This document shows, piece by piece, positions 11,700 through 23,217 of a stretch of DNA of 64,000 nucleotides. Position 1 is the first letter of the stretch; each line of letters begins with the position of its first letter. Origin of the DNA: Dipteris shenzhenensis (lineage: Eukaryota); the NCBI GenBank assembly GCA_047967505.1, contig CM106538.1; one strand, written 5' to 3'. A program made the translations under genes and the position numbers. The notes below the pieces were generated by a model, which saw nothing but the letters and a program-made list of their open reading frames with translations, did no database searches and had not been told where the DNA came from.

Positions 11700-14183
11700 T
11701 AGCACCATGTTTGTCCTAGTATAAGCTGTTTGGTAAACCATTAGAATTAGATTTACATAACCCAAAGTTTATAGGAGTTGGCCATTTACAGAAATATATC
11801 TGTTGGCAATGAAAACTAAAAATTGAAATACCTTGTAACTTGTTGAATTTAGAAACTATGTTATGATTGGGGAAATTGATAAGGAGTTATTTTCTTGGAT
11901 TCCCGATTAGAGATTCAGCTAGAATTTTCTTAAGCATTAACATGAATGAAAATACAGTCATGATGAAACAATGGCTGCCAGGGGCCTTTCAAAGCTCTGA
12001 CGAAGAATCTTGAGTAGCGGAGATTTACCTTTGACAGTGCAAGCCATTTTTTGGTATCATCTGCAAAATTCTTGAGAACCCCCTGTTTGTAATGGGAGAG
12101 TATTTTGACAGCAGTACCTCCTTTGACCTCCTCATGTTAAGGTGTAACACTACTCTCTTTCCTTGTTGTGATGGCGTTAAGCCTTGCCTCAAGGGTACTA
12201 TTTGTTACCTTGACCTCTTGTAGGGCCAAAAAGTAGGTGAAAGAGAATTTTCTCTCAGCTAACTAGCTATAACTCCCCTCTTGAGGGTTTAATTAACCCA
12301 CACACATTTAGTGTGAGGAAAGAAATAGGCTTACTCACCAATTTCTTTTGCTCCTTTTTGACCTCGGGGTTGGGGCTCTTAGCATGGGCTAAGGCTTCTT
12401 TGTCCTGGGGTAATATCCTCTTATTTTGTATCCGAGGGGTGCACTATTAAGAAACCTAGATACCATGTGCATTCAAGGTGTATTTTAAAAACCCCTTACC
12501 TGTGAATTTTTCTTGGATAAAAATACCCCTTTTTCTATACAAACTTACAGGATTTTTTCAAAGTTCAAATTAAAAATCCCATATGTAAATACATTTTTCT
12601 AAATTCGCCTAAAGTTTTTGAATTGAAAAGCCCCTCCATTTGAACCCACGTTTTATAGATACATATTTCTAGGTGAATCCCCAGGGATTCCATATGACTA
12701 CCAGAGCTTTTCCCTGCATAGTCATGTCTTTCTCAAATTGAGGAGCTACAGGAAGGTCTTCTTTTGAGTCATATTCATTATCCCATGTCAACATCTCATC
12801 TGTCTTAGTAATGTCTTCTTCAAACTCTTTAGACCAAGCACTCTCAACCTCCTCCTTGGGATTCTCAAGCATCTTCTCCTCTAGGTCTTGATCCACAGGG
12901 TTTTTCGAAACAATAGAAGGCTCTCCTTTTCTTTCAAAATTCTCCTTTTTGCCAATACTTGGAGTAGACTGATCTTTTGGGATATTGGTATGCAAGTTGT
13001 CTAGTTTTGAGAGGTTTTGCATGTGGGGTGTCAACCTTAGAATCCACCTTTCATTAGGATTTGTGGGAGGAGATGCAGGAGAAAGCTTGTGGCTTTGGCC
13101 TTCTTAAGAGGACAATTGTTAACTAGGTGGCTTGCAAGGCCACATAGAAACAAGAATTAGGGAAGTTCTTGTAAACAAGATACTTCTCTCTAAAACTTCC
13201 CCTCTCCTGTTAAGTAGGAAAAGAGTGTTGGGTTACAATTCTTTAGCTAAATCAAGCTTAACTTAGACTTGAGGATTACTATGGGGATTAATGACTGTTT
13301 TCTATCTACCCTCAAAATTTCCCCTAGCCAACTATAGAGAGAATTCGCTTTTGATAGCATAGAAGATTGGGTCAGTCTACCCACACTAGAAGTTTGGTTG
13401 ACAAAGATCATCTAGGCTAACCTTGGTCTCTAAGCCTCTAGGTACAAGGGCTAGTTCACTGAAGTAGAACTTGGGCCATAAAATTGCAAAATCAAGGGGA
13501 TTTGGGCACTCGCCCATGTGAGTGGAAGCTTGGCTTTAGTTCCCAAGGGGTTTTGGGTGCTCGCCCATGTGAGTGGCTACCCACATCCACCTGCAACTTT
13601 TTTGAAAGCTGCAACCAAGCTTCCAATGCATGGGACTAAATCTACTACTCAGATTCATCCAATAATTCTCCATGATCAATAACAACTGAGATAGTTTTAC
13701 TTGAACCAGCAGAGCTATTCGTTCATGAAGACTTATCGCCTTGGTTCTAAATGATTCATGGACTCTCTAGTGCTCATTGTCCTCCTCTTGAGGCTCCTTC
13801 TGAGGCTCCTCTTGAGGAGGCTAGTTTTCTTGGTGTTGGTCTTCTACTGCTGGTATTTTTGGAACTCTATGCACCACCCTATTCGGTCTCTATTCTTTAG
13901 CTTTCTCCTCCCTTCGTATCCCGAGTTCTCTATTGTCGATGGTACAACAATTATTGAAATTGGTTTACCTTTGCAGAAGGGTATTCTAAAAGAACCTCTT
14001 TCTGATTTTCGTATTGTGCTCACATAAAAGGCGTGAGATTTAGTACCTTGTAGAGTCGAGCCTGATGCATGTTCTTCGGGGTTCTCAGCATCACCACCAA
14101 ATCTTGGGTATCCATGACCCATAGAATTCTTACCAACCGTCATGGTGATGGGTTCCTATAGAGGCTGCATGGAATAATATAGA
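11700..14183 (-). mobile_element. Degenerate LTR-retrotransposon remnant
   Basis: ORF at 14143 begins with gag-like YPRFGGDAENPEEH (compare IPAFCGWVEENPNEYL at 20071). The remainder is acidic, low-complexity and decayed. Confidence 0.35.
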
Positions 14184-14258
14184 CACTACAAGGCATAGGC
14201 CCTTTTCCGACAAAAATACCGACGCTTTTTACATTAAATTTTTTTTTTTAACGGGCGC

Positions 14259-15247
14259 TATTAGTTAGAAAAGAAATCAAGACAAGAGGCTAGACACTAA
14301 GCATGGTGACGCTCAAGGGCCATAGAGCAAAGGAGAACATGAGGGCGAAACATCATCATGGGAGGGGAAATGGGATTAGAAGGGGAGGGAATGAAGAGGG
14401 AGACTATGGCACAAGGGGAAAGGAAGAGGGGGGAGAGAAGCATGTACATGATGGGAGGAGGAATGTAAAGATGGAGACATCAAGGGAAGAGGGCCATGCT
14501 TTATTTGAAAGGAAGGGAAGGGGGAAATCAAAGTACTAGCTAGGTGGCTTTACAAGAATGAGCGTGTCTCATCAAGGAATAGCCCCCTCCTTTTATAGCC
14601 AAGAGAGGGGGTCTCTCCCAATAATTGCATCCTCTCACATGCATGGTGTGTGTGGAAAAGTCTCCCATGTGGGCTAGGCAGTTACGCACTCTCAATTGTG
14701 TGCGACAACCCTTTGCCTCAATTTTCCACATAAATCAAGCCCCATATCTCAAGTCTATGATACTCCCTTGGTCTCTCCTTAATTTTATAATACGTTCAAA
14801 CCTCTAGGAGGACAAGTGGAGGGTTGGCACAAGAAATCTTGCCACCTCATCCTACTTTCCCCATTATTTAACTTGCATTCTTGGACCTTCTATACCTCCC
14901 CCACATGGGCCTATCCTACATGAAGGGAATAATCCAATATGATATCCATCTCCACCTATTTTATATTACTTCTCCCATGGACTTTGGGCCATATCTCACT
15001 CAATGCAACCTAGGTGGAGGGGTGGCACATGGAGGAGCCATGCCACCTTACATTTTATAATATTACTACCATGGATTATGTACATCACACCTTATGGGTC
15101 CTCTTACGTGGAAGGGTGGCACATGGTCATGCCTTGCCACCTCAACCTTGGGCCCTATGCACACCATATTTTATTATACTATTGCCACACATACAAGCAC
15201 ACACACATATTTATGCCTTTTTTCCTTAGACAAATTTATCCATAACA
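14259..15247 (-). repeat. 3' LTR of the Ty3 element
   Basis: Begins TGTTATG on the minus strand right after the PPT. Minus-strand TATA GCTATAAAAGG at about 14589-14600. Homologous to the 22418-22535 fragment. Confidence 0.85.
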
Positions 15248-15299
15248 GTTCCCCCCCCAAGCAGGGAATGCACAATATTTCCATGCCTGGGTCCATCAC

Positions 15300-16560
15300 G
15301 CACAAATAAGGACTTGAGGTAGTGCTTGTTGATCACCTTCTTGCCATATGGCTCATGCAGCTCTTGAACTTGTATAGACCCATTGCTACGTTCCTTGATG
15401 ACTTTGTATGGACCGGTCCACAGTGGCAGAAACTTCTTATCCATTTGGTGGTCCAATCTATTATCAAAGCATAGCACAACATTCCCCTCAGCAAAGTATC
15501 TTTCCCATCCCTTGTGAATCTTAGCATCCAAGCGAGCCTTTTGTCGATTCTTCTGGATCTCTGTTTGGTGTAGTGCAAGGCATCAAGTTTCACCTAACTT
15601 CTCAAGTTGTACCAATCTGGCCTCTACATGTTCATCTTCTATCATCCTCTGTTCTTATGCCAATCTCAAGGCCGGAATCTCTATCTCTAGTGGTAAAATT
15701 GCCTTAGTACCATACACCAACTCAAAAGGAGTGTCACTTGAAGACATTTTATGAGTGATGTTGTAAGCCCACACGGCTTTAGTGACCTTCTGATCCCACT
15801 GGCTCTCGTTCCCTGTGGCCATTTTTCCCATGGTTTTACAAAGGAGGCCACTGGTCTGCTCTGTTTGACCCATGGATGCTGGATAATAGATGCTAGAAGT
15901 GCGATGATCAATACCCATGCGATTCATGAGTAACTCCACTACTTCATTTAAGAATGGAATCCCATGGTCAGAGACTATTTCCATGGGTGTCCCAAACCTT
16001 GTGCAGATACGTTCAAATATGAAATTTGAAACTGCCTTACCATTTGCAGCAGGGAGGGCGATAGCTTCAACCCACTTAGTGACATACTGAGTGGCCACCA
16101 AAAGATACTTCTTTTTGCCGGCAGTCATGGGCAAGGGCCCCGACACTATTTCCATGGGTGTCCCAAACCTTGTGCAGATATGTTCAAATATGAAATTTGA
16201 AACTGCCTTACCATTTGCAGCAGGGAGGGTGATAGCTTCAGCCCACTTAGTGACATACTGAGTGGCTACCAAAAGATACTTCTTTTTGCGGGCAGTCATG
16301 GGCAAGGGCCCGACAAAATCTATTCCCCACTTCTGAAACGGATGGATGGACATCACTAAGTGATGTTGCCTAGGATGCAAATCCTTCCTAACAAAGAATT
16401 GGCATGGTTCACAGGTTTTGCAATACAAAGTGACATCCTTGAACAGCGTCGGCAAATAGTATCTAGCATGTAAAATCTTCTTAGCTGTATAGTCAAGCTA
16501 TATAGTCACTGGCATAGTGGCCTCCACAAAATCCATCATGATAATGCTTCAATACCTTAG
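15300..16560 (-). pseudogene. Ty3 integrase
   Basis: HDGFCGGH...CKTCEPCQ zinc finger, KWGIDFVGP, IVSDHG, TPFELVYG and GPY/F motif WTGPYKV. Contains an in-frame 171-bp duplication. Confidence 0.95.
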
Positions 16561-16779
16561 GCACTTCATCTGCATCAATGGCCCATTTTAGTACCCCATC
16601 CATGCCTTGACGGTATAACACCCCATCAAAGAGGGTGTAGCGCCTACCATCTCTGCAGATCTTCTTTCTCTCATAGCTAGTACTTTTTGGAGAAAAGGAG
16701 AAAGCAGTCAGAAACCTGTAGATACCACCATACCATGGATCCCCAACTTCTATGGCCGCTACAAGGGTTACATCAAGGC

Positions 16780-17960
16780 ACTCCTCTAAATCAATCAAAG
16801 CATTCTTCAAGTTGGAACAACCCCCTTTTACAATTTTGAAAGAAAAATCATATTCTTGTAAAATTGCCAACCATTTGGCCAACCGGCCCATGGGGTTTGA
16901 TGATTGAAGAACTTGCTTTGCAAGACCAGTGCTAGTGAGTATAATGAAGGACTTTACAGCCACATAATGCTTAAATTTCTCAATGCAGAATGCCAAAGAT
17001 AAGGCATGCTTGTCAACCTCTGAATAGCATCGCTCAGTGTCGAGCAATTGTGGAGAAGCAAATCGAACGGGATACATGAACTAATCCTCCCCTTGCTGAA
17101 GAAGAATGCCTGCCAGAGTGTGCTCACCAAACCCAGGATTGATATAGAAAGTCTTTGACCAATCTGGATTGTGTAGAATGGGTTCTGAAGCCAGAGCATT
17201 CTTGATTTTTTCAAACCCATGATCACAATCCTCATCCCAAGAGAAATCAGCCCCATCTTTTAATAGCATCGTCATGGGTCGTGTCAAAGTAGCATATTGA
17301 TCAATGAAGCGATGATAGTATCCTGTTGGATTGACAAATGAATGTATCTGATGTTTGGTTGTTGGTGGGGAGAGCCTGAGGATGGCTTCTACCTTCTCGG
17401 GTCAGGCTTGATGCACTTAGATGAGACAATATGTCCTAGTAACCTCCCTTGAGTGGCTCCAATGGTGCATTTCTCAGGGTTGAGATTGCCATTCGCATCA
17501 TTGACCCTTTGGAAGGCCAACCTTCATGACGTGCCCCTTACGTGATGAGAATATACAAAAATCATCTAAAAACACCTCCAAGAAATCCCCCAAATAGCAT
17601 CTGCATAAATCTTTGAAAGGTAGTAGGAGCATTGGTGAGGCCAAATGGCATTACTTTGAATGCAAATGTCCCCCAAGGTGTGGCAAATGTGGTTTTAAGC
17701 ACATCTTCTTCGGCAATTCTGATTTGATAAAACCCAAAGTAACCATCATAGAAACCATACATCTCATGACCACTTACCTTCTCAAGAATGAGGTCTTGAA
17801 AGGGCAGAGGATGGTGATCCCTCTTGGTGGCCGCATTGAGTTTCTTATAGTCGATGCAAACCCGCCACTTGTTGTATTTCTTTAGGGTGACTACCACTGG
17901 TGAAACCCATTCAATATTGTGAACCGAAACAATAAACCCACTTTCTACAAGTTTCTATAA
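16780..17960 (-). pseudogene. Ty3 reverse transcriptase and degenerate native RNase H
   Basis: [20 protein letters not shown] and a frameshifted VFLDDF. RH region ALASEPILHNPDWSKTF...GRLAKWLAILQEYDF. Confidence 0.95.
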
Positions 17961-18419
17961 CTCTGAGCACAAAGCATCAGTCTGTACGGGCCCTAATCTC
18001 CGATACTTTTGAGCCACAGGCTTTAGGCTTCAGCTCTATCTTGTGTTCTATGGCAGTCACATGGCGAAGGTGGTGGTAGCTATTTGCGAAAAGGTCAGGG
18101 AAATCTTTGAACATTTCTAGGAACTCATCTTTCTCACTTGGAGTGAGGTCTGGGGAAAGCATAGATTCAAGTTGTTGAGGACTAGCGGCTACCTTTTCTA
18201 TAGGTGGTGGGGTTGGAGACACCCCCATCATGTAAACTTCCTCATCTGAGAACTCCTCCCCCCCATCTGATCCTTCCATTGATTTAGACACCAAGGATGA
18301 GAGAGTATCAGTGTCTTGCTCCTCTTCTTCTTCTAGTTCCGTGGCACCTAGTTGCACCGAGATCTTCTCCTTAGAAGCACCACAAGACATGTGTCCTATC
18401 TTCCAATAGCTGACTGCAT

Positions 18420-20071
18420 CACTCTTTCTCAACCATGGTCTCCCGAATATGGCTAGGTAACTCCACTACATAGAAATTGACGGTGGTGATCAACCCATTG
18501 ACAGTGATGGGCAAATCCTCAATGACTCCCAGGGTGGCGAGTCGTCAACCATCTGCTACCTTAATTCGAGTGGAAGAATGCCTTGTGCATTTCAAATTCA
18601 ATTTCTTCATGATTCGGGGCACCATGATATTACATGCAGCTCCCCTATCAACACACACACTTTTGACACGGCAATTATCTATGATGACATCTATTGTATG
18701 TGGGTGCCGATCAATTTTTTCAGAGATAGAAGATACCTCTTGTACCTTTCCCTTTTTCTTGCTCTTCCTTGTTTAGATCCCTTGCTGCAACTCACATCTC
18801 ACCTTAGGGCTTAAGAGGGGCTTAATGCTATTAGTTGAGGGAGCGTGATGCTCAAAGACCGATGAGCAAGGTCCTAAATGACCGAATAGTCCTCTTGCCC
18901 TAAGCCGATGGAAATTTCAAGGGCGACCACTTACTCCTGCGGGATCTTTTAGTCTTCAATATTGGTGGGTCTGCCATCTCAGCATCTGAGGGCTATGAGA
19001 AGGACAGTTCTTCTTGGGGCAGCCTGGTCCATGGTTTGGAGAGGGGTCCGAGGTGGTACAACTTCTTTTCCCGAGGTCAAGGATCTCTACGTCAGAATCC
19101 TCAGTGCCTGATTTACTCAGAAGATTCACCCTTGGAATATTGGGACATTCCGTGCGATAATGACCCTTCTGGTGGCACTCGTAGCATACAACATTAGCAT
19201 GGTCTCTTGGAGGGTGGTTGGCTTGATTTCTGATGCCCACCATCTCAAGCCGAAGATCATTCAGGGCCTTGGCTAGCTCATTGACTCCGGGTTCTTTTGC
19301 AGGGGGGGCCTCTTTAGCTGGAGGGGTCGAGGGAGTAGAAAGGAGGGGGGCTCGTGGCGAGGTTGGGGAAATCTTTGAGGCAGAGGGTGAGAATATACAC
19401 CTTGTTGAGGGTAAGCATCTAAGCGAGGACCATACATTTGAGGTGGAGGCGGTGGATACATCCTTGATGGGGGGTGGGAGTATGCCTCTGAGTTAGACCC
19501 CCCAGGTTGTTGTTGCAAGAATTGAGGGGGTTGCAGATGGACAATCATCTTCTTTGAAGTGGGGTCAGACTGAACTTTATCAAACTTTTGAGCAATCTCA
19601 TGTGCTAGCACCATAGTTTCTGGATTCTCCCATTTAAGCTTGAGGCGGAATTCATCACTTGCTCCTACTACAAGGTAGCCCAACACATGCTGAGTCATTC
19701 TAGCTCGAAATCTGGCATTGTCCTCCTGCATGACAATTAAACAGTCTAGGAGCACAGCCGCTCGATCCACATATCAACGCGCCATCTCACCTTCTGATTG
19801 CTTCAAGTTTGTCACCTGCAGGTACACATTCTCCGGCTCTTCTTTGCTGAAATACTCAATCATCACTGCTGTCAACCTTGGCCAGCTTTGGCAAACATCG
19901 TTGGCCTACTTCTCATACCACACGAGCCAAACCCTCTAGAAATCTGGGAAGAACCAACAGCCATCTGTCTTCAATAAGAAAGTTGAGAGAAACACAACGG
20001 CACTTGAAGGCCACAAGATACTCATTTGGATTTTCTTCAACCCATCCACAAAACGCAGGAATGTCAGCCAT
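18420..20071 (-). pseudogene. Ty3 gag and aspartic protease
   Basis: MADIPAFCGWVEENPNEYL start, CCHC knuckle CYECHQKGHYRTEC at about 19146-19190, protease VCVDRGAACNIM at about 18650. Frameshifted. Confidence 0.85.
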
Positions 20072-20529
20072 GCTTGGAAAATGGAAAAGAGAGACGAAAT
20101 GAGGCTTATCTATGGGCAAACAATGGAAAGAGGTAGCTTGAACTGAAAATCAGGTGAAGATACATCCACAAAGCACACATACGCAGGGTAGGGTGTCACT
20201 GGTGTATTGTGAAATACTACCCGGGAAGAATTTTCAGCATAGAATAGCTCATAGACAATCTTAAAAGGACCAACCCTCATGATATCATAGGCATCTTTAC
20301 AAGTGAGGGTTCAAGACGTGGCGCTGCATGAGGTTGTTCATCAAGGCAAACAAGAATGCCATGACAAATGTCAACAGTTGGAGAGCTTGCACATCACCTT
20401 CAGCTTCTTCCAGTTCTTGTAGTCGCCATGCTATTTCTTCAAGGGGTGTGCGATGTGGCATCCTTCTTTTGAGAAATGTCCTTGAGGACCTTTCTGATGA
20501 TCTTCCAAAGTCGGTAAACTCGCATCAAA

Positions 20530-21040
20530 TATGCCCAATACTTAGTTTCATGATGACCACAACCTTTGCATTCCTTACAAATGATCACCCTCCTTCATGG
20601 CTTGCAGCTTTGTTGGGGTGGTGCTTCCACTCGCGTCATGCATGATTGAAGTACAAGCTTCATGTGCCAAGAAATCAGCAACTGTATTTTGAGGTCGAGG
20701 GATATGCTAAATTTTTACCTCTTCAAATTGTTGGCACAGTTCCAATGCTTATTGATGTCGTGGAATCAAGCCTTGCTCCGCACCTTCCACCTTCCACTAA
20801 CTTGTTCACACACTAGTTGAGAATCTCCTTGCACCTCAAGTTGCTTGACGTGATGTTCTTGTGCCTTTTGTAGCCCAAAAATGAGTGCCGAGTACTCAGC
20901 TTGGTTGCAAGTACTTGCAGGTGTAGACTGGCTATAACAATACTCCTCACCACCTGGTGAAGTGAGCTTCACACCCACGCCAGCAGCCTTGGTCGAAGGT
21001 TTGTAAGCTCCATCAAATTGAAGGATCCAAGATGTCATCA
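20530..21040 (-). pseudogene. Archaeal-type RNase HI (aRH) ORF with a downstream zinc knuckle, upstream of gag
   Basis: WILQFDGA, CNQAEYSALIFGL, LEVQGDSQLVCEQVSGRWKV, then after a frameshift and two stops HIPRPQNTVADFLAHEA. Followed by CKECKGCGHHETK(Y) at 20538-20579. Confidence 0.9.
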
Positions 21041-22380
21041 CACCAAGACTAAAATTGGGACATCCAAAGTTTCTCGATAGTCCAAGATAGGTAGAAGGAG
21101 AGGGTGGGGAGAATTTAATACTTGAGCCAAACGTTCAGCACCAAATAAACTTGCAATCCTTTGTTGATAGTTTATCTTTAGACCAAAAATAATTACAACT
21201 TGAAGCTCGAAATGAGGCACAAAAGGTTGATTAGGTACAAATGGATTCCTTGGTTGAAACATTACCAACCATAGCCAAGGCCTAGAAACCTTTGTAGTGA
21301 GATTGAGAATAAACCATTCAAGACGAGCTTATCCACAGGAATTAATAGGCAGATGTGCCAAATCTCCCCCCAAGCTTAGGGAGCATCCCACCCTTCAAAG
21401 AAGGACACCCTTTTAATTACCTCCGAAGTAGCAAGTAGCTCGATCACTGCACAATGAGTAGAATTAAAATCAAAGTCCTCCCAGTGTATCACTAGTTCTT
21501 CACCTTGAATCATCCGAGGTGTATCATCCCACCCGTCGTCTCCTTAAACAATGCACTAGACAATCAGCCTTTGAAGGTCGACATGATGATCAAGCAAGAG
21601 ATCTCGCCAATTGGTAGCCGTAATGAGCAGAGGACCAGGCACCAAATCCTTAAACTCGTCGAGAAGTGACATAAATATCCACCCTCCTCACGTGGCATGC
21701 ATCCGTAAAGTGAAGTTGAAAAAGTTTTGAATCGGCGATCTAGTAGGAGATGTGAATAGAGCACATGAAATGAAATACTTTTGCTTTTTACAGCAAGAGT
21801 AAACTCCCCACGGTTAGAGAGTTACAGTTACCGAGATTTCAATATATAAGCAAAAATCATTACATTTTCATCACTTCCTACTTGTTGGCCCAATGATAAG
21901 TCTCCCTTTTGTGAAGGGGGAGGTCTTGGGTTTAAATCCCACTCTTTAATAAAAAGAGAGGAGAGGACAGGAGAAGGAGAAGAGAAAGAGAAGAGAAGAG
22001 AGAGGGGAGGCACGGGATCTGTTATAGTTTTGCAAAAACCCAGAAAAACTGTCCGCGACCAGAAGACACAGGAGCCCAGAAACCATCGCGGTCTATCCGT
22101 GATGCGCGCGGGTGTACATAGTGGACAGCGCAGGAGTTCAGAGGGAGCACATATGTTGTAGTTCTACAGATGCGACCGGTATGAGCAGAAGATTCGCCAA
22201 CCAAAATACACATAGGAACTGCAAGCAGAAAGCAGGCAGACTAAAAGTGCAGAAGTAAGGAGGTTTTGCAGCCGTAAAGACAAGGAAGGCACACAGTTTG
22301 GAGATGCAAAAGTAGAGAACTATGCACGGAAGAGGCCACAGAGCTGCACCCACCTAGGAGTAACAGATTTTACACCACTA

Positions 22381-22413
22381 GCCGTGGAGATTTCGATCCC
22401 AGCAGCCATACCA
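22381..22413 (-). other. Primer-binding site, tRNA-His-like, with extended complementarity
   Basis: The plus strand GCCGTGGAGA-TTTCGATCCCAGCAGCCATACCA reads like a tRNA 3' half ending in CCA, 4 nt from the 5' LTR. Confidence 0.7.
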
Positions 22414-23217
22414 TTTCTATTAGCCGGAAAAGAAATCAGGACAAGAGGCTAGACACTAAGCATGGCGATGCTCAAGGGCCATAGAGGAAAGGAGAACATG
22501 AGGGCAAAATGTTATCATGGGAGGGAAAATGGGAAGCAACTTCTCAAAGAGATTGGATTGAGGAGACAAGGAGAAAGAGGAGGAAGACAAATACAAAAAA
22601 GACTAGAAGAGAGGTGTCTTCTATCTTTTATAAAATCTCGTTTTTTATCTTCAATCCTTTGAAATCAAGCACAAAAACTAGCACATAGCCTTAGCAATAC
22701 TCACAAAACGAAATCTCACAAAAAACGAACCTCCGTTGTTCAAAGAGACTCACCTTCTTGAAATACTTCTTTTCAAGAAAGCGCAGAGGGAGAAGGGTGG
22801 AGAGGGAGCACAAGTGTTAGAAGAGAGGTGAGTAGTGGTGAGAAGTGGAGAATAGAGTGGGAGGTCGTCGGGAATAGGTGGGAGGAGAGATTGTAGCTTA
22901 CAATAGAGATTACTAAAGAAAGCACCGCGCATCGCGAGGTTCGGGTTTTAACCCACAGCATCACTATATAGCGACGCTGGTCAGTCGCTACATAGCGACG
23001 CTAGTCAGTCACTATATAACGACGCTTATATTTAAAATCATCACTATATAGCGACAGAATAGAGCAAATCGTCGCTATATATCGACGGAACAGGTCAAAA
23101 TGTTGCTATATAGCGATGCTTCAGGACACTTCATGTTTAAAGTTAAAAAAGAAGCTCATAGATACTATTTTATAACTGTTAATATATTTCCTTGCAACTT
23201 ATGTTGTGATTTTATAA

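Larger units (their letters stand above)
14259..22535 (-). mobile_element. Ty3/gypsy LTR retrotransposon (non-chromovirus, Athila/Tat-like) with an extra RNase H
   Basis: gag-PR-RT-RH-INT order on the minus strand. 3' LTR at 14259-15247, preceded by a G-rich PPT at about 15248-15262. 5' LTR fragment at 22418-22535 matches 14259-14375. PBS at 22392-22413. Confidence 0.92.

Noticed and set aside
14259-22423. Both LTR copies end in TA rather than CA
   Set aside because: Both would be CAG contexts, prone to methylation-driven C>T change, which is pervasive here; not evidence of a novel terminus.
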